Source of the DNA: an uncultured Bacilli bacterium
GTDB taxonomy: Bacteria > Bacillota_I > Bacilli_A > RF39 > UBA660
Length of the DNA stretch: 64,000 bases
NCBI GenBank assembly: GCA_947598325.1
Contig: CANQFD010000002.1
Coordinates: 90,765 to 154,764 of the forward strand
Direction of reading: 5' to 3'
The position numbers were made by a program, and so were the translations under genes. The notes under the pieces were generated by a model. That model saw only the letters and a program-made list of their open reading frames with translations, was not told the origin of the DNA and did no database searches. Below are positions 49,490 through 58,627 of the stretch, piece by piece. Numbering within the stretch: the stretch's first letter is position 1; each line of letters begins with the position of its first letter.

Positions 49490-49598
49490 CTATTATAATT
49501 ATACTATATTTTAATAAAAAAACAAGCAAATACCTACACTTTTAATACATCTTCGAATATCCTATAATAGAAAATATAATAAAGGGGTGGAATACATT

Positions 49599-49997
49599 AT
49601 GTGTAAAAACAATTGTAACTGTATTAGTGATATATTAAAAGTTATTTATCTATTACAAAAAAATGCTGATAGAGAAGAAGATTGTATTGAAAGTTGTGAC
49701 AAACCAAGTTTAGGTCAATTCTCATGTATATTCTATAATACACGACCAGTAATGCTATATACTTGTATGAGTAATGGTGTTACTCCTTGGAGTGCCCCAA
49801 CTCAAAGAGTTGCAGATCCTGCTGCTACATCTTCAGTATTTAGAGTTGAAAAAATAGATAATTGCTGTGCAACATTTAGGGTTTTAATAGCAAATGAAGA
49901 TGGTACTTACACTGCTACTGAATCATTCTTTACAATGAACTTAGAATGTATTTGTAGTATCAGATGTTTGGGAGATACATTCATAGAAAACGTTTAA
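49599..49997 (+). CDS. CotY/CotZ-family spore coat (crust) protein
   Basis: N-terminal CNCISDILKVIYLLQ plus a conserved Cys pattern typical of Spore_coat_CotZ. GGGGTGG RBS; ORF track begins at GTG 49587. Confidence 0.7.
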   Translation: MCKNNCNCISDILKVIYLLQKNADREEDCIESCDKPSLGQFSCIFYNTRPVMLYTCMSNGVTPWSAPTQRVADPAATSSVFRVEKIDNCCATFRVLIANEDGTYTATESFFTMNLECICSIRCLGDTFIENV

Positions 49998-50314
49998 TTT
50001 AAAAAATCTATTTGAGTTATCTTACTTACATCTATTAGTTCATCATCTATTGTTATAAGACTATTATTGGTTCTTCCAATAATAGTTTTTTTTAATGTAT
50101 CTCCATTGTTCATAATAATAGACACATCTGCTCTATAAACATAATTTGGAGAATTAAAAATATCTTTTATTTGCTTATTTACATTATTTCCTCTATTATC
50201 ATCATAATCTATATTACTAATATTTTCATCTATTTTATTTAAAACAGTTTGTTTTTGATTTTTACTATTAGACTTTACTTTACCTTTATATAAACCAGGT
50301 AATATTTTTTTCAT
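49994..50314 (-). CDS. Hypothetical 106-aa protein, convergent with and overlapping the CotY/Z-like gene by 4 nt
   Basis: ORF with a basic N-terminus and a beta-rich C-terminus (IIGRTNNSLITIDDELIDVSKITQIDF). No family recognised. Confidence 0.45.
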   Translation of the reverse strand: MKKILPGLYKGKVKSNSKNQKQTVLNKIDENISNIDYDDNRGNNVNKQIKDIFNSPNYVYRADVSIIMNNGDTLKKTIIGRTNNSLITIDDELIDVSKITQIDFLN

Positions 50315-50396
50315 ATTTTCCTCCTTTTTATAAATTTTATGCCTTTATTGACAAATATTTACCAAATATTTGATTATAATAAAAATGGTGAAGAAT

Positions 50397-51518
50397 ATGA
50401 ATAATATTAAAGATAAATATAATTTAAAAATATTAATACCACTTTTTATATTTACTTTTATAAGTATAATAACAATATATAGTGCTCAAGACTTATTATC
50501 ATCCTCATATAATAATTTATATATTAAACAGATATTATGGTATATACTAGGCTACATATGTATAATCTATTTTTATAATACAAAAAATGACTTTATATAC
50601 AAATATTCAAATATTTTATATATATTTGGAATTATATCACTAATACTAGTATTAATATTTGGAACTGAATCAAATGGTGCTAAATGTTGGTTTACAATCC
50701 CTGGTATAGGATCTATTCAACCTAGTGAATTTATGAAAATATTTTTAATACTTATTTTGGCTAAAGAGTTAGATAATAACAATAATAAATATGAAAGAAC
50801 TCTAAAAAGTGAATTTTTTATTATTTTTAAATGCTTTATTTTAACCTTAATACCATCTATACTTACTTTTTTAGAACCTGATACTGGAATAGTATTTATA
50901 TATTTTTCAATATTATTAGTAATGCTTTTTGTTTTTGGAATAAGATATAGATGGTTTTTAATATTAGGATTATTCCTAATTATATTCATAGGTGGATTTT
51001 TAATATTATTTTTTAATTATCAAGATACATTTATTAATATATTTGGAACTAATTTTTTCTATAGAATGGATAGATTACTTGATTGGTCAAACGGTTCTGG
51101 AATGCAGTTAACTAATGCACTCGCTTCTACTGGTAGTGCAGGTTTAACTGGATATGGATTATCTAATACACCAATATATTTCCCTGAACCTCAGACAGAT
51201 TTTATATTTTCGGTTTTTGCTAGTAATTTCGGTTTTTTAGGTTCTACTGCTTTAATCCTTGTAATTATTTACTTTGATATGCAAATTATAAAAGTTGGTA
51301 TTAAAGGATCAAATCAAAGTAAATACATAGTAGCAGGTATTGCTGCGATATTATTATTTCAACAAATTCAAAACATTGGAATGAATATAGGTTTACTCCC
51401 AATAACAGGTATAACACTTCCTTTTATTAGTTATGGAGGTTCTAGCCTAATTAGTTATATGGTATTAATAGGTATAATAATAAATATACAAAGAAAAAAA
51501 GCTCCTAGGAACTTTTAG
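50397..51518 (+). CDS. SEDS-family peptidoglycan polymerase (FtsW/RodA/SpoVE)
   Basis: Polytopic. QPSEFMKI, TDFIFS and LPFISYGGSS motifs. The paralog cannot be assigned. ORF track begins at 50370. Confidence 0.9.
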   Translation: MNNIKDKYNLKILIPLFIFTFISIITIYSAQDLLSSSYNNLYIKQILWYILGYICIIYFYNTKNDFIYKYSNILYIFGIISLILVLIFGTESNGAKCWFTIPGIGSIQPSEFMKIFLILILAKELDNNNNKYERTLKSEFFIIFKCFILTLIPSILTFLEPDTGIVFIYFSILLVMLFVFGIRYRWFLILGLFLIIFIGGFLILFFNYQDTFINIFGTNFFYRMDRLLDWSNGSGMQLTNALASTGSAGLTGYGLSNTPIYFPEPQTDFIFSVFASNFGFLGSTALILVIIYFDMQIIKVGIKGSNQSKYIVAGIAAILLFQQIQNIGMNIGLLPITGITLPFISYGGSSLISYMVLIGIIINIQRKKAPRNF

Positions 51519-51975
51519 ATAACTCATAAACATACTGCTTTTTAGAATAATTAGATAATGCAGAAACTAAACTCTTAAAGCCATTATCAACCTTTATACT
51601 ATCCGCAGATTTAATATTTAAGAATGGTTTGTAATCAATATAAATAACTCTGCTTATTTCATTTTGCTTAGATAAATCCTTAATATATTCAAAAATCTGT
51701 TTCTTCTTATTCTTTGCTTGATAGAAATTTCTACCAAACATAATATAATCATCTTCTTCTTTCATATTCATAGATAATTCAGTTGTTAATACAGCTTTAT
51801 CATCCCATGAATAATCTGAAAAAAATGATAATAATACCTTATCAGAATCACTATTTTCTAATAATATTCGTAAACTTTCATAAAAATCTGGCATTATATT
51901 TTGCCTAGAATAATACCCCTCACCTTTATCATAACACTCTTCTAATCTTAACATTATTAATACTACTTTATCCAC
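51505..51975 (-). CDS. Hypothetical 156-aa cytoplasmic protein
   Basis: ORF with GGAGG-like upstream sequence. Its 3' end overlaps the convergent SEDS gene by 14 nt. No motif recognised. Confidence 0.45.
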   Translation of the reverse strand: MDKVVLIMLRLEECYDKGEGYYSRQNIMPDFYESLRILLENSDSDKVLLSFFSDYSWDDKAVLTTELSMNMKEEDDYIMFGRNFYQAKNKKKQIFEYIKDLSKQNEISRVIYIDYKPFLNIKSADSIKVDNGFKSLVSALSNYSKKQYVYELSKSS

Positions 51976-52078
51976 AACAAAATCCTCCTATAACAATAAT
52001 ACCATAATAATTTATTTTTTCTAGTATTTTATTAAAAAAACACGTTTTTTTTAATAATAACTAAAAATTTATATATAT

Positions 52079-52106
52079 AAAAGGTATACAAAACTGTATA
52101 CCTTTT
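52079..52106 (-). terminator. Hairpin terminator after the 1538-aa surface protein gene
   Basis: aaggtataca-aaac-tgtatacctt. Confidence 0.55.
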
Positions 52107-52111
52107 TATAT

Positions 52112-55100
52112 TTACTCTGGAATTATATTTTTATTTGAAATAGTTATTACAGGTCTAACTTCTTTTTTAGTATTAGAATAAACCCAACTATTTTTACTAC
52201 TTGAACTATATCCATTTAATACAGAAGTTGATGATTTACTAACAAATTTAGCTAAATTCTTAACGTTTGTAAGATCAGTTATCTCACCATATGGATTGTG
52301 TTCTTGAGTAACAAATACAGAATTCATAAGCCAGAAATCACTATCTCCATATAACCAAGATAAATCCTCACTATTTTTAGATAATAAATTGTTATATTCA
52401 TTCTCTGTTAATAATCTTACTTTATAACTATTAAACTTACCAGATTGACATATACCTTCCTTGGATAAAGAACCACCATAAGATGCTACATAAAGACCAG
52501 ACGCATCATCACATACTTCATTATCACGTAATATTGGTAAATTAAGTGTATTCTTATTTATAAAATCTCCATTTATATATTTATTAATTAAAGAATCACT
52601 CCATTTATATATATCATCCTTTGATGAAGTATGACCCATTTTAGAACTAATAGTTCCTGAGTCTGCAAGCAATGTAAGTATTTGCTCATCATCACTATTT
52701 TCAGTATCTACAACGTGCCAATTAATTCCAGCATATGTAAGTTCTTCGCCAACTTCATACAAATTAGATTCAGCATTTGTATCCTCTGCTAAAGGTTCTG
52801 GTTGATATTCTTCAATATCTAACAATGTAACTGTATTGATAAATGTCTTAGCAGTCTCTTGTCTTGGCATATCTAAAACTATTTTCAAATACCTAGTCTC
52901 ACCAGGATTAATTAAATCATTTTCCAAAGAAACATTTTTAAGTTCACCATTTTGGTAGAACCAACCTGAATTATATTCATCAAATTCATTAAAATTTAAA
53001 CCCTCTGGAATACTTTCATTTATTACCTTAACATATCCTGCTTTAGTTGAAGTATTCTCTATTTTAATTCCATAATAAACTCTAGCTGTTGCTCTTAAAC
53101 TATTCTTAACACTTAATACAACCTTATTTTGATTATCATAATTATATGTATTTTGAATATCATTATAATTTAAATCTATTTTTGTAATATATTTGCTTAT
53201 ATCAAAACCAAATGATTTTCTAGATATTAATCCTATATCCATATTTTCTACAGATTCTATATCCCTTGTTACTTTTATACCGTCAGATTCATCAGGAGTT
53301 CTTTTATTACTAATTTCCAAAAGTCCTTCACTTATTTTATATGCATCTGAATCTATAGATACATCCTCTGTCGCATATCTTAAAGTTAAATCATATAATT
53401 CACTATTATAATCTAATCTTATCTTATATCTACCTACTTCTAAATCCTTAAATTTATATTTACCATTTTCATCTGTTATTGAATCAGCAACCTTTGATAG
53501 ATTATTATCATTATCAAGTTTATAAAGAGTTACTGGCATATCAGGAATTGGAGTTTCCCCTTCATCCTTTATTCCATTTTCATTTATATCTACAAATGAC
53601 ATACCAGAAATATTCCTACTTACTACCCTTGTTTCTAACATATTAGACTCATTTTGACTATATGTTTCAGAAGCACCAACAAATGAATTAATATATTTAT
53701 CAGAATAATTATTATTTTCTGGTTTAATTGATAAAACAATATCATCCATATAAGAATCTGCATTTATTGAAATACCTGTTATCTTTATAGCAGTTGCATC
53801 AACATATTCATCTACAATATTACATTCGTTAAATTCATTATTTTTATTAAATACTTCATTTTCTAATGTATTATATGGAGAAGTTGAACAATATACCTTT
53901 GCTTTTGACATTGAATTTGGAAGAGTTACCTTAACCTTATAAGAACCTTCGAATGTTGAACCATTCTTATCACCTGAACTTGGTAATATATCAACTATAC
54001 TATAATTATCAACATTATTTCCTGTATTATTATATCCTCCAAGTAAATAACTAAATTCTGAATTTTTTTCAACAACTGAACCAGCACTACCAACCTTTTG
54101 AGATACTATAACATTTTGAATTCCAGTAGCATATATAGTAAAACTATCAGATAAACTACCAAAATAACTTGTATCAGTTTCATTATTAATATTTATAGCT
54201 ACAACTGTACTTGTAACAGTTACAGGAACACCACTACCTTTAATATTTGGTTTAACAGTTGCTTTAAAATTAATATCACTAATCTTCATATTTGGTTTTG
54301 TATATGGCATTGTATATACTAATGTAGTTACTCCACCATCTTCAGATACTTCAGGATTTCCTAACTTCTTATCTGGAATATAAGTAAGTTCTTTTGGAAT
54401 TTTTACATAAATTTTTAAATTATTTATATACCAAACATCATCAGCACCAACATTTTGATTATCATCAGTTATATTTGTTTTAACATTGTAATTAATAGTT
54501 TCACCTTTATTAGCATTATAATGAACTTTAACTGTTCCATCAGTATTTTTATTAGTTACAGTTATTGTTTGTCTTGATGTAAAATTAACTATTTTTATAG
54601 AGTCACCCCAAGGACTATCTGTATCAATACTAGATACATCATTTCCAGCATAAACTGTTTTCATATAATTATCTGGACTTGTTATACTATTATTATCAGA
54701 AGTTATTCTTGGAGCATAATATGAAACATTAGAATCATAGTCTGATGATGTTGCTAATGCAGTAATTTGATATGATTGTGTTAAATCAGATACATTTCTA
54801 ACTCTTAAACCTACCTCTACTGTAACAATAGTAGAATCTGGTAATTTTACACCATCCTTAGTTTGAATAACTATTTTAGTTATAGGTATTTCACTATCAT
54901 CTACCTTAGCTTCACTTATTTTATTAAATGAACCTTCAAAATCAGAATTTGCATCTATACATGGTCCACCATATAAATTCATTACTTGATCTACTGAATA
55001 ATTAGATAAATTCTTATTAACAGTAGCACATGCATTTTTAATACTTTCTGTATCTTCACTATTTAACCTACTATCCAAAGAACTATCATCATAATTTTTT

Positions 55101-56728
55101 GCAACATAATTTGCGTTATTATAATCACCTGATATAAATTTAACCTCAAAGTCATCTTGTGATAATTGTGAACCATCTGGACTTTCAACAGTAATATTTA
55201 TATCTTTATCACCATATTGCATAACTCTAAATGCATTTGGGTCTACCTTTATAATCTCTTTTAAACCTTGATCAGATAAAGTCTTCTTATAATTAAATGT
55301 AGTCTTATAAACAAGATTTGATCCTTTAGATGTAGCACCCTTACCATTTGACTCAGGAGATAACTTGTTACCACCCATATCAAAGAATTCACCAATTAAA
55401 GAATAATCTATAACTTCATAATACTTATTAGTTAAAACACTTTCAGAAGTTTTAATATTTACAGTATTCTCATTAGTATCTATAAATGTAGATGGAGATA
55501 CTGCCATTCTAACATTTATATCATTTTTACCATCTTCTTTTGTTCTTCCTGAAAAAACAGAGATTGCATAACTACCAATATAATTATAATTAGATGGTAT
55601 GCTTGTATTATTTGCATTTATTGTTGCTGATTTATAAGTTAAATTAAAATCAGATATATTTAATACATAATTATTTTCATCTTTTTGAGTAAGAGTTACA
55701 TTACCAGGAAACTTAGTTTTTTTAGCTGATTCAACTGAAGAAACACTGTATGGACTTTCAAATACCATGGCTGCTATATCACCGGTAGCATCAGGTCCAT
55801 AAGTTCTAGTCCATCCATCTTCAAAAGCTAATGTTCCACCATCATTTGTTATAGTTATAGGGATTTCTAATGAACTATCTTTTGGAGCTGCTAGACCTTT
55901 TATACCTGTTTTTTCATTACCACTCATATATAATTTTAAAACAGATGTTAAATACCTACCTACAACATTATTATATGTTGCCCTTTGAAATTCTTCAGTT
56001 GGGCTTGATAATATTGCTTCAATATTTGCAGTTGATGAAGAAACTGCAGTAGGCATATAATTTATAAATCCTGACATATTACTTACTGTACTATATTTTT
56101 CATCACTTTCACTATCATATTCATAATTATATGTATCACCAGATACATTTCCTAAAGTTACTACATAATTAGGATCTGTATTTGTACTTTCTTGTATTTC
56201 AAATTTTGGTTTAATCAAAGTACCATTAGGAGCACCAAGAACATAAATAGTAATATCTTTACTAAAAGAACCATATGTATCAATTCCATCAAAAGTAAAA
56301 ACTCTGCTAGATTCGCCGCCCTTTGAATCTTTATCAAAAGCTACATATTTGGCAACATCTTCTGGTATTGTAATTTTAATATTAACTTTTCTCTCTTCAA
56401 AATCATTTCCTGGATTCTTACCAGTAATTTCAAAATTAAAATGATAAGTTAATTCATCAAAAGATCTAACTATTCTATTCTTTGAATTATTATCCTTACC
56501 AGGTGTATAACCTTCTATTACTGAATAAGAATTAGAATCATTATAATCTAAACCATCACTATCATCAAAACCAGAAGTACCTGTATCAATTCCAGTCATC
56601 TTAATATTCTTAATTGCTACATCATTATTCGCAGCAAATACACCAAGTGTAACACCAAAAATAATGAATCCAACTGAAACTACTACTAAAAAAGATATTA
56701 ATAATATTTTATTTCTCTTATTCATCAT
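52112..56728 (-). CDS. Giant (1538 aa) secreted or N-terminally anchored surface protein with an SdrD-B/Cna-B-type domain and a DUF6273-like C-terminal domain; no C-terminal wall anchor
   Basis: N-terminal TM/signal. VTLYKLDNDNN...DENGKYKFKDLEVGRYKI (SD-repeat B-like). C-terminus has W.V......Q.L.LL, KWSDSLINKYINGDF, FWLMNS and VRPVITIS (DUF6273-like pattern). Confidence 0.65.
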   Translation of the reverse strand: MMNKRNKILLISFLVVVSVGFIIFGVTLGVFAANNDVAIKNIKMTGIDTGTSGFDDSDGLDYNDSNSYSVIEGYTPGKDNNSKNRIVRSFDELTYHFNFEITGKNPGNDFEERKVNIKITIPEDVAKYVAFDKDSKGGESSRVFTFDGIDTYGSFSKDITIYVLGAPNGTLIKPKFEIQESTNTDPNYVVTLGNVSGDTYNYEYDSESDEKYSTVSNMSGFINYMPTAVSSSTANIEAILSSPTEEFQRATYNNVVGRYLTSVLKLYMSGNEKTGIKGLAAPKDSSLEIPITITNDGGTLAFEDGWTRTYGPDATGDIAAMVFESPYSVSSVESAKKTKFPGNVTLTQKDENNYVLNISDFNLTYKSATINANNTSIPSNYNYIGSYAISVFSGRTKEDGKNDINVRMAVSPSTFIDTNENTVNIKTSESVLTNKYYEVIDYSLIGEFFDMGGNKLSPESNGKGATSKGSNLVYKTTFNYKKTLSDQGLKEIIKVDPNAFRVMQYGDKDINITVESPDGSQLSQDDFEVKFISGDYNNANYVAKNYDDSSLDSRLNSEDTESIKNACATVNKNLSNYSVDQVMNLYGGPCIDANSDFEGSFNKISEAKVDDSEIPITKIVIQTKDGVKLPDSTIVTVEVGLRVRNVSDLTQSYQITALATSSDYDSNVSYYAPRITSDNNSITSPDNYMKTVYAGNDVSSIDTDSPWGDSIKIVNFTSRQTITVTNKNTDGTVKVHYNANKGETINYNVKTNITDDNQNVGADDVWYINNLKIYVKIPKELTYIPDKKLGNPEVSEDGGVTTLVYTMPYTKPNMKISDINFKATVKPNIKGSGVPVTVTSTVVAININNETDTSYFGSLSDSFTIYATGIQNVIVSQKVGSAGSVVEKNSEFSYLLGGYNNTGNNVDNYSIVDILPSSGDKNGSTFEGSYKVKVTLPNSMSKAKVYCSTSPYNTLENEVFNKNNEFNECNIVDEYVDATAIKITGISINADSYMDDIVLSIKPENNNYSDKYINSFVGASETYSQNESNMLETRVVSRNISGMSFVDINENGIKDEGETPIPDMPVTLYKLDNDNNLSKVADSITDENGKYKFKDLEVGRYKIRLDYNSELYDLTLRYATEDVSIDSDAYKISEGLLEISNKRTPDESDGIKVTRDIESVENMDIGLISRKSFGFDISKYITKIDLNYNDIQNTYNYDNQNKVVLSVKNSLRATARVYYGIKIENTSTKAGYVKVINESIPEGLNFNEFDEYNSGWFYQNGELKNVSLENDLINPGETRYLKIVLDMPRQETAKTFINTVTLLDIEEYQPEPLAEDTNAESNLYEVGEELTYAGINWHVVDTENSDDEQILTLLADSGTISSKMGHTSSKDDIYKWSDSLINKYINGDFINKNTLNLPILRDNEVCDDASGLYVASYGGSLSKEGICQSGKFNSYKVRLLTENEYNNLLSKNSEDLSWLYGDSDFWLMNSVFVTQEHNPYGEITDLTNVKNLAKFVSKSSTSVLNGYSSSSKNSWVYSNTKKEVRPVITISNKNIIPE

Positions 56729-56859
56729 AACGTCTCCTATTTTATATAAAAATTATAACATCAACTTATTCATTTTTCAAGTAGTTTAACAACTAATTAT
56801 ACACATTATACATGAAATGATTAACTCTAAATATAATTCTAAAATTATATAATTAAAAA

Positions 56860-57774
56860 TTATGAGTTCTTACTCATAATTTTTAATAATTTATCTTCTG
56901 ATAAATCTGTTACTTCTTCTATAGTTTTTATATCTATTTCTTTTTCTATCATTCTTTTTGCTATTTCTATTTTCGCATCTTCTTTTCCTTCACTATACTC
57001 TTCATCCTTTAATGCCCACTCTTTATCATAAGCTTCCCCTATTTCTCTATCAAAACTTACTTTTTCTGCCTCATCTATAAACTTTTCCACTATCTCATCT
57101 CCCAACTTTTTAATTGATAATAATTTCCCTATATTTGGTTCTACCAAAGCTATCATATACTTTTCAAAATCATTTAATTTTTCTGTACCTTCAGTATACC
57201 ACTTTTTCATTAAATTTGGAAGATAGATATTTATAACTACTAACTTATTTGTTAATGCCAAGCCTTCTTCATTCTGTAATACATATATATCTATTATTTT
57301 CTTATTTCCTTTAAATGCAAAATTATTTATATTAAATGTATATGAATTAAAATATTCATATTTTTTCTTTCCTACAGTCATTTTTGTACTAAAATTTCTA
57401 AACGTATATTCTAAATTCCTATTTAATATTTTCTCTGAACTATTATTGTTCATTTCTATCCCTATTAATGTATCATCTATTAACGCTAAATAATCACATC
57501 TTTCTGACTTTGTATTTTCTTTTTCCTTATCTAATTCATTTTTATATAATACTATTTTTTCTAACAATTCCTCATAACTTATATCTAAAAAATACGATAA
57601 AAATTTAACAGAATACTCTATTCTATTAGAATTTTGAAATATTGCCTTAAACATACTATCAGATACTATAGATAATTTTTCTCCCTCTTTTCTTTTATTC
57701 AATTCTATTTTATTTTCTTTTACTATATCATAATCATATAATTCACTTTTATTATAATTTCTTAATAAAAACAT
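56860..57774 (-). CDS. Rpn-family recombination-promoting nuclease / PD-(D/E)XK putative transposase
   Basis: SDSMFKAIF...N-terminus, CDYLALIDDTLIGIEMNN (D...E.K-type core), and a C-terminal helical repeat (IEIAKRMIEK..D...I...T.LS) typical of the family. Confidence 0.7.
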   Translation of the reverse strand: MFLLRNYNKSELYDYDIVKENKIELNKRKEGEKLSIVSDSMFKAIFQNSNRIEYSVKFLSYFLDISYEELLEKIVLYKNELDKEKENTKSERCDYLALIDDTLIGIEMNNNSSEKILNRNLEYTFRNFSTKMTVGKKKYEYFNSYTFNINNFAFKGNKKIIDIYVLQNEEGLALTNKLVVINIYLPNLMKKWYTEGTEKLNDFEKYMIALVEPNIGKLLSIKKLGDEIVEKFIDEAEKVSFDREIGEAYDKEWALKDEEYSEGKEDAKIEIAKRMIEKEIDIKTIEEVTDLSEDKLLKIMSKNS

Positions 57775-57924
57775 CTATACCTCCTTACTCAAAACAATAA
57801 TACTAAATAGATTTTTATTAATCAAATTATAAAAAATACATTTTTATTATACTTAAATTACTAAAACTACTTTTTTCCATAACTTTTTATTAATTTCTTA
57901 CCATTTTAAAATTCCAATATTCAA

Positions 57925-57951
57925 AAATAAAAAGGAATAAAATTTTATTCC
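57925..57951 (-). terminator. Rho-independent terminator after the 219-aa gene
   Basis: ggaataaaa/ttttattcc perfect 18-bp palindrome followed by a T-run on the minus strand. Confidence 0.65.
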
Positions 57952-58611
57952 CTATTCAAAATCATAACTCCATGTTATCTTTTTTACTTTTCCATGCTTA
58001 TATTCTATATTCATTCTTGCTATATTACTTCTTTCGTCTCCTACAATCGCATCCCTATTTACATATGCTAATTCTTTCTTATTTCTTATTCCAAAATATA
58101 TATTATCCTTTATACTACTATCATTTAGTGAATTAAAAGAATAATTCCCATATATATATGTCCCTGTTTTATTTTCTACTTTATACTTCTTTATTACTTT
58201 TGATATTTTATCATTTACTCTTACTTTCCTACTAACCTTATACTTGTCACTTGTTATTTCTACTTTTACAAGCATATAATCTGAATAATTTTCTTTTAAT
58301 GTTAAAATAATTCCATCATAATATAATTCTTTATAACTATATATATCCTTACTTACATTTTTTTCCTTCTTTGGTTTTCCCATTTCTTTTCTTACTACTT
58401 TTTCACTATCACTATACTTTAATTTATCTACCGTTAAATCTGATATTGAAAAAATAGTTTTATCATTTGTTTTTAGTCTTACCTTACTATAATTACCAAA
58501 GTTTTCTGAAATTAGAAGTAAAACTGAAAGTACTATTATTATAATTATTAATATTAATAGTACCCTCTTACTTTTTTTTATATCTATTTTATTTAAACTT
58601 TCCTTTGACAT
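57952..58611 (-). CDS. Hypothetical N-terminally anchored 219-aa protein, 17 nt downstream of the giant adhesin gene
   Basis: Single TM (VLLILIIIIIVLSVLLLI), then a K-rich beta-type ectodomain. No family recognised. Confidence 0.5.
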   Translation of the reverse strand: MSKESLNKIDIKKSKRVLLILIIIIIVLSVLLLISENFGNYSKVRLKTNDKTIFSISDLTVDKLKYSDSEKVVRKEMGKPKKEKNVSKDIYSYKELYYDGIILTLKENYSDYMLVKVEITSDKYKVSRKVRVNDKISKVIKKYKVENKTGTYIYGNYSFNSLNDSSIKDNIYFGIRNKKELAYVNRDAIVGDERSNIARMNIEYKHGKVKKITWSYDFE

Positions 58612-58627
58612 ATCTAGGTTCCCCTCT

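Noticed and set aside
56860-57774. The Rpn/PD-(D/E)XK gene as a bona fide IS element.
   Set aside because: I saw no terminal inverted repeats or target-site duplications flanking it. The only inverted repeat is a hairpin at its own 3' end. The family is often a stand-alone chromosomal gene, so it is reported as a CDS only.
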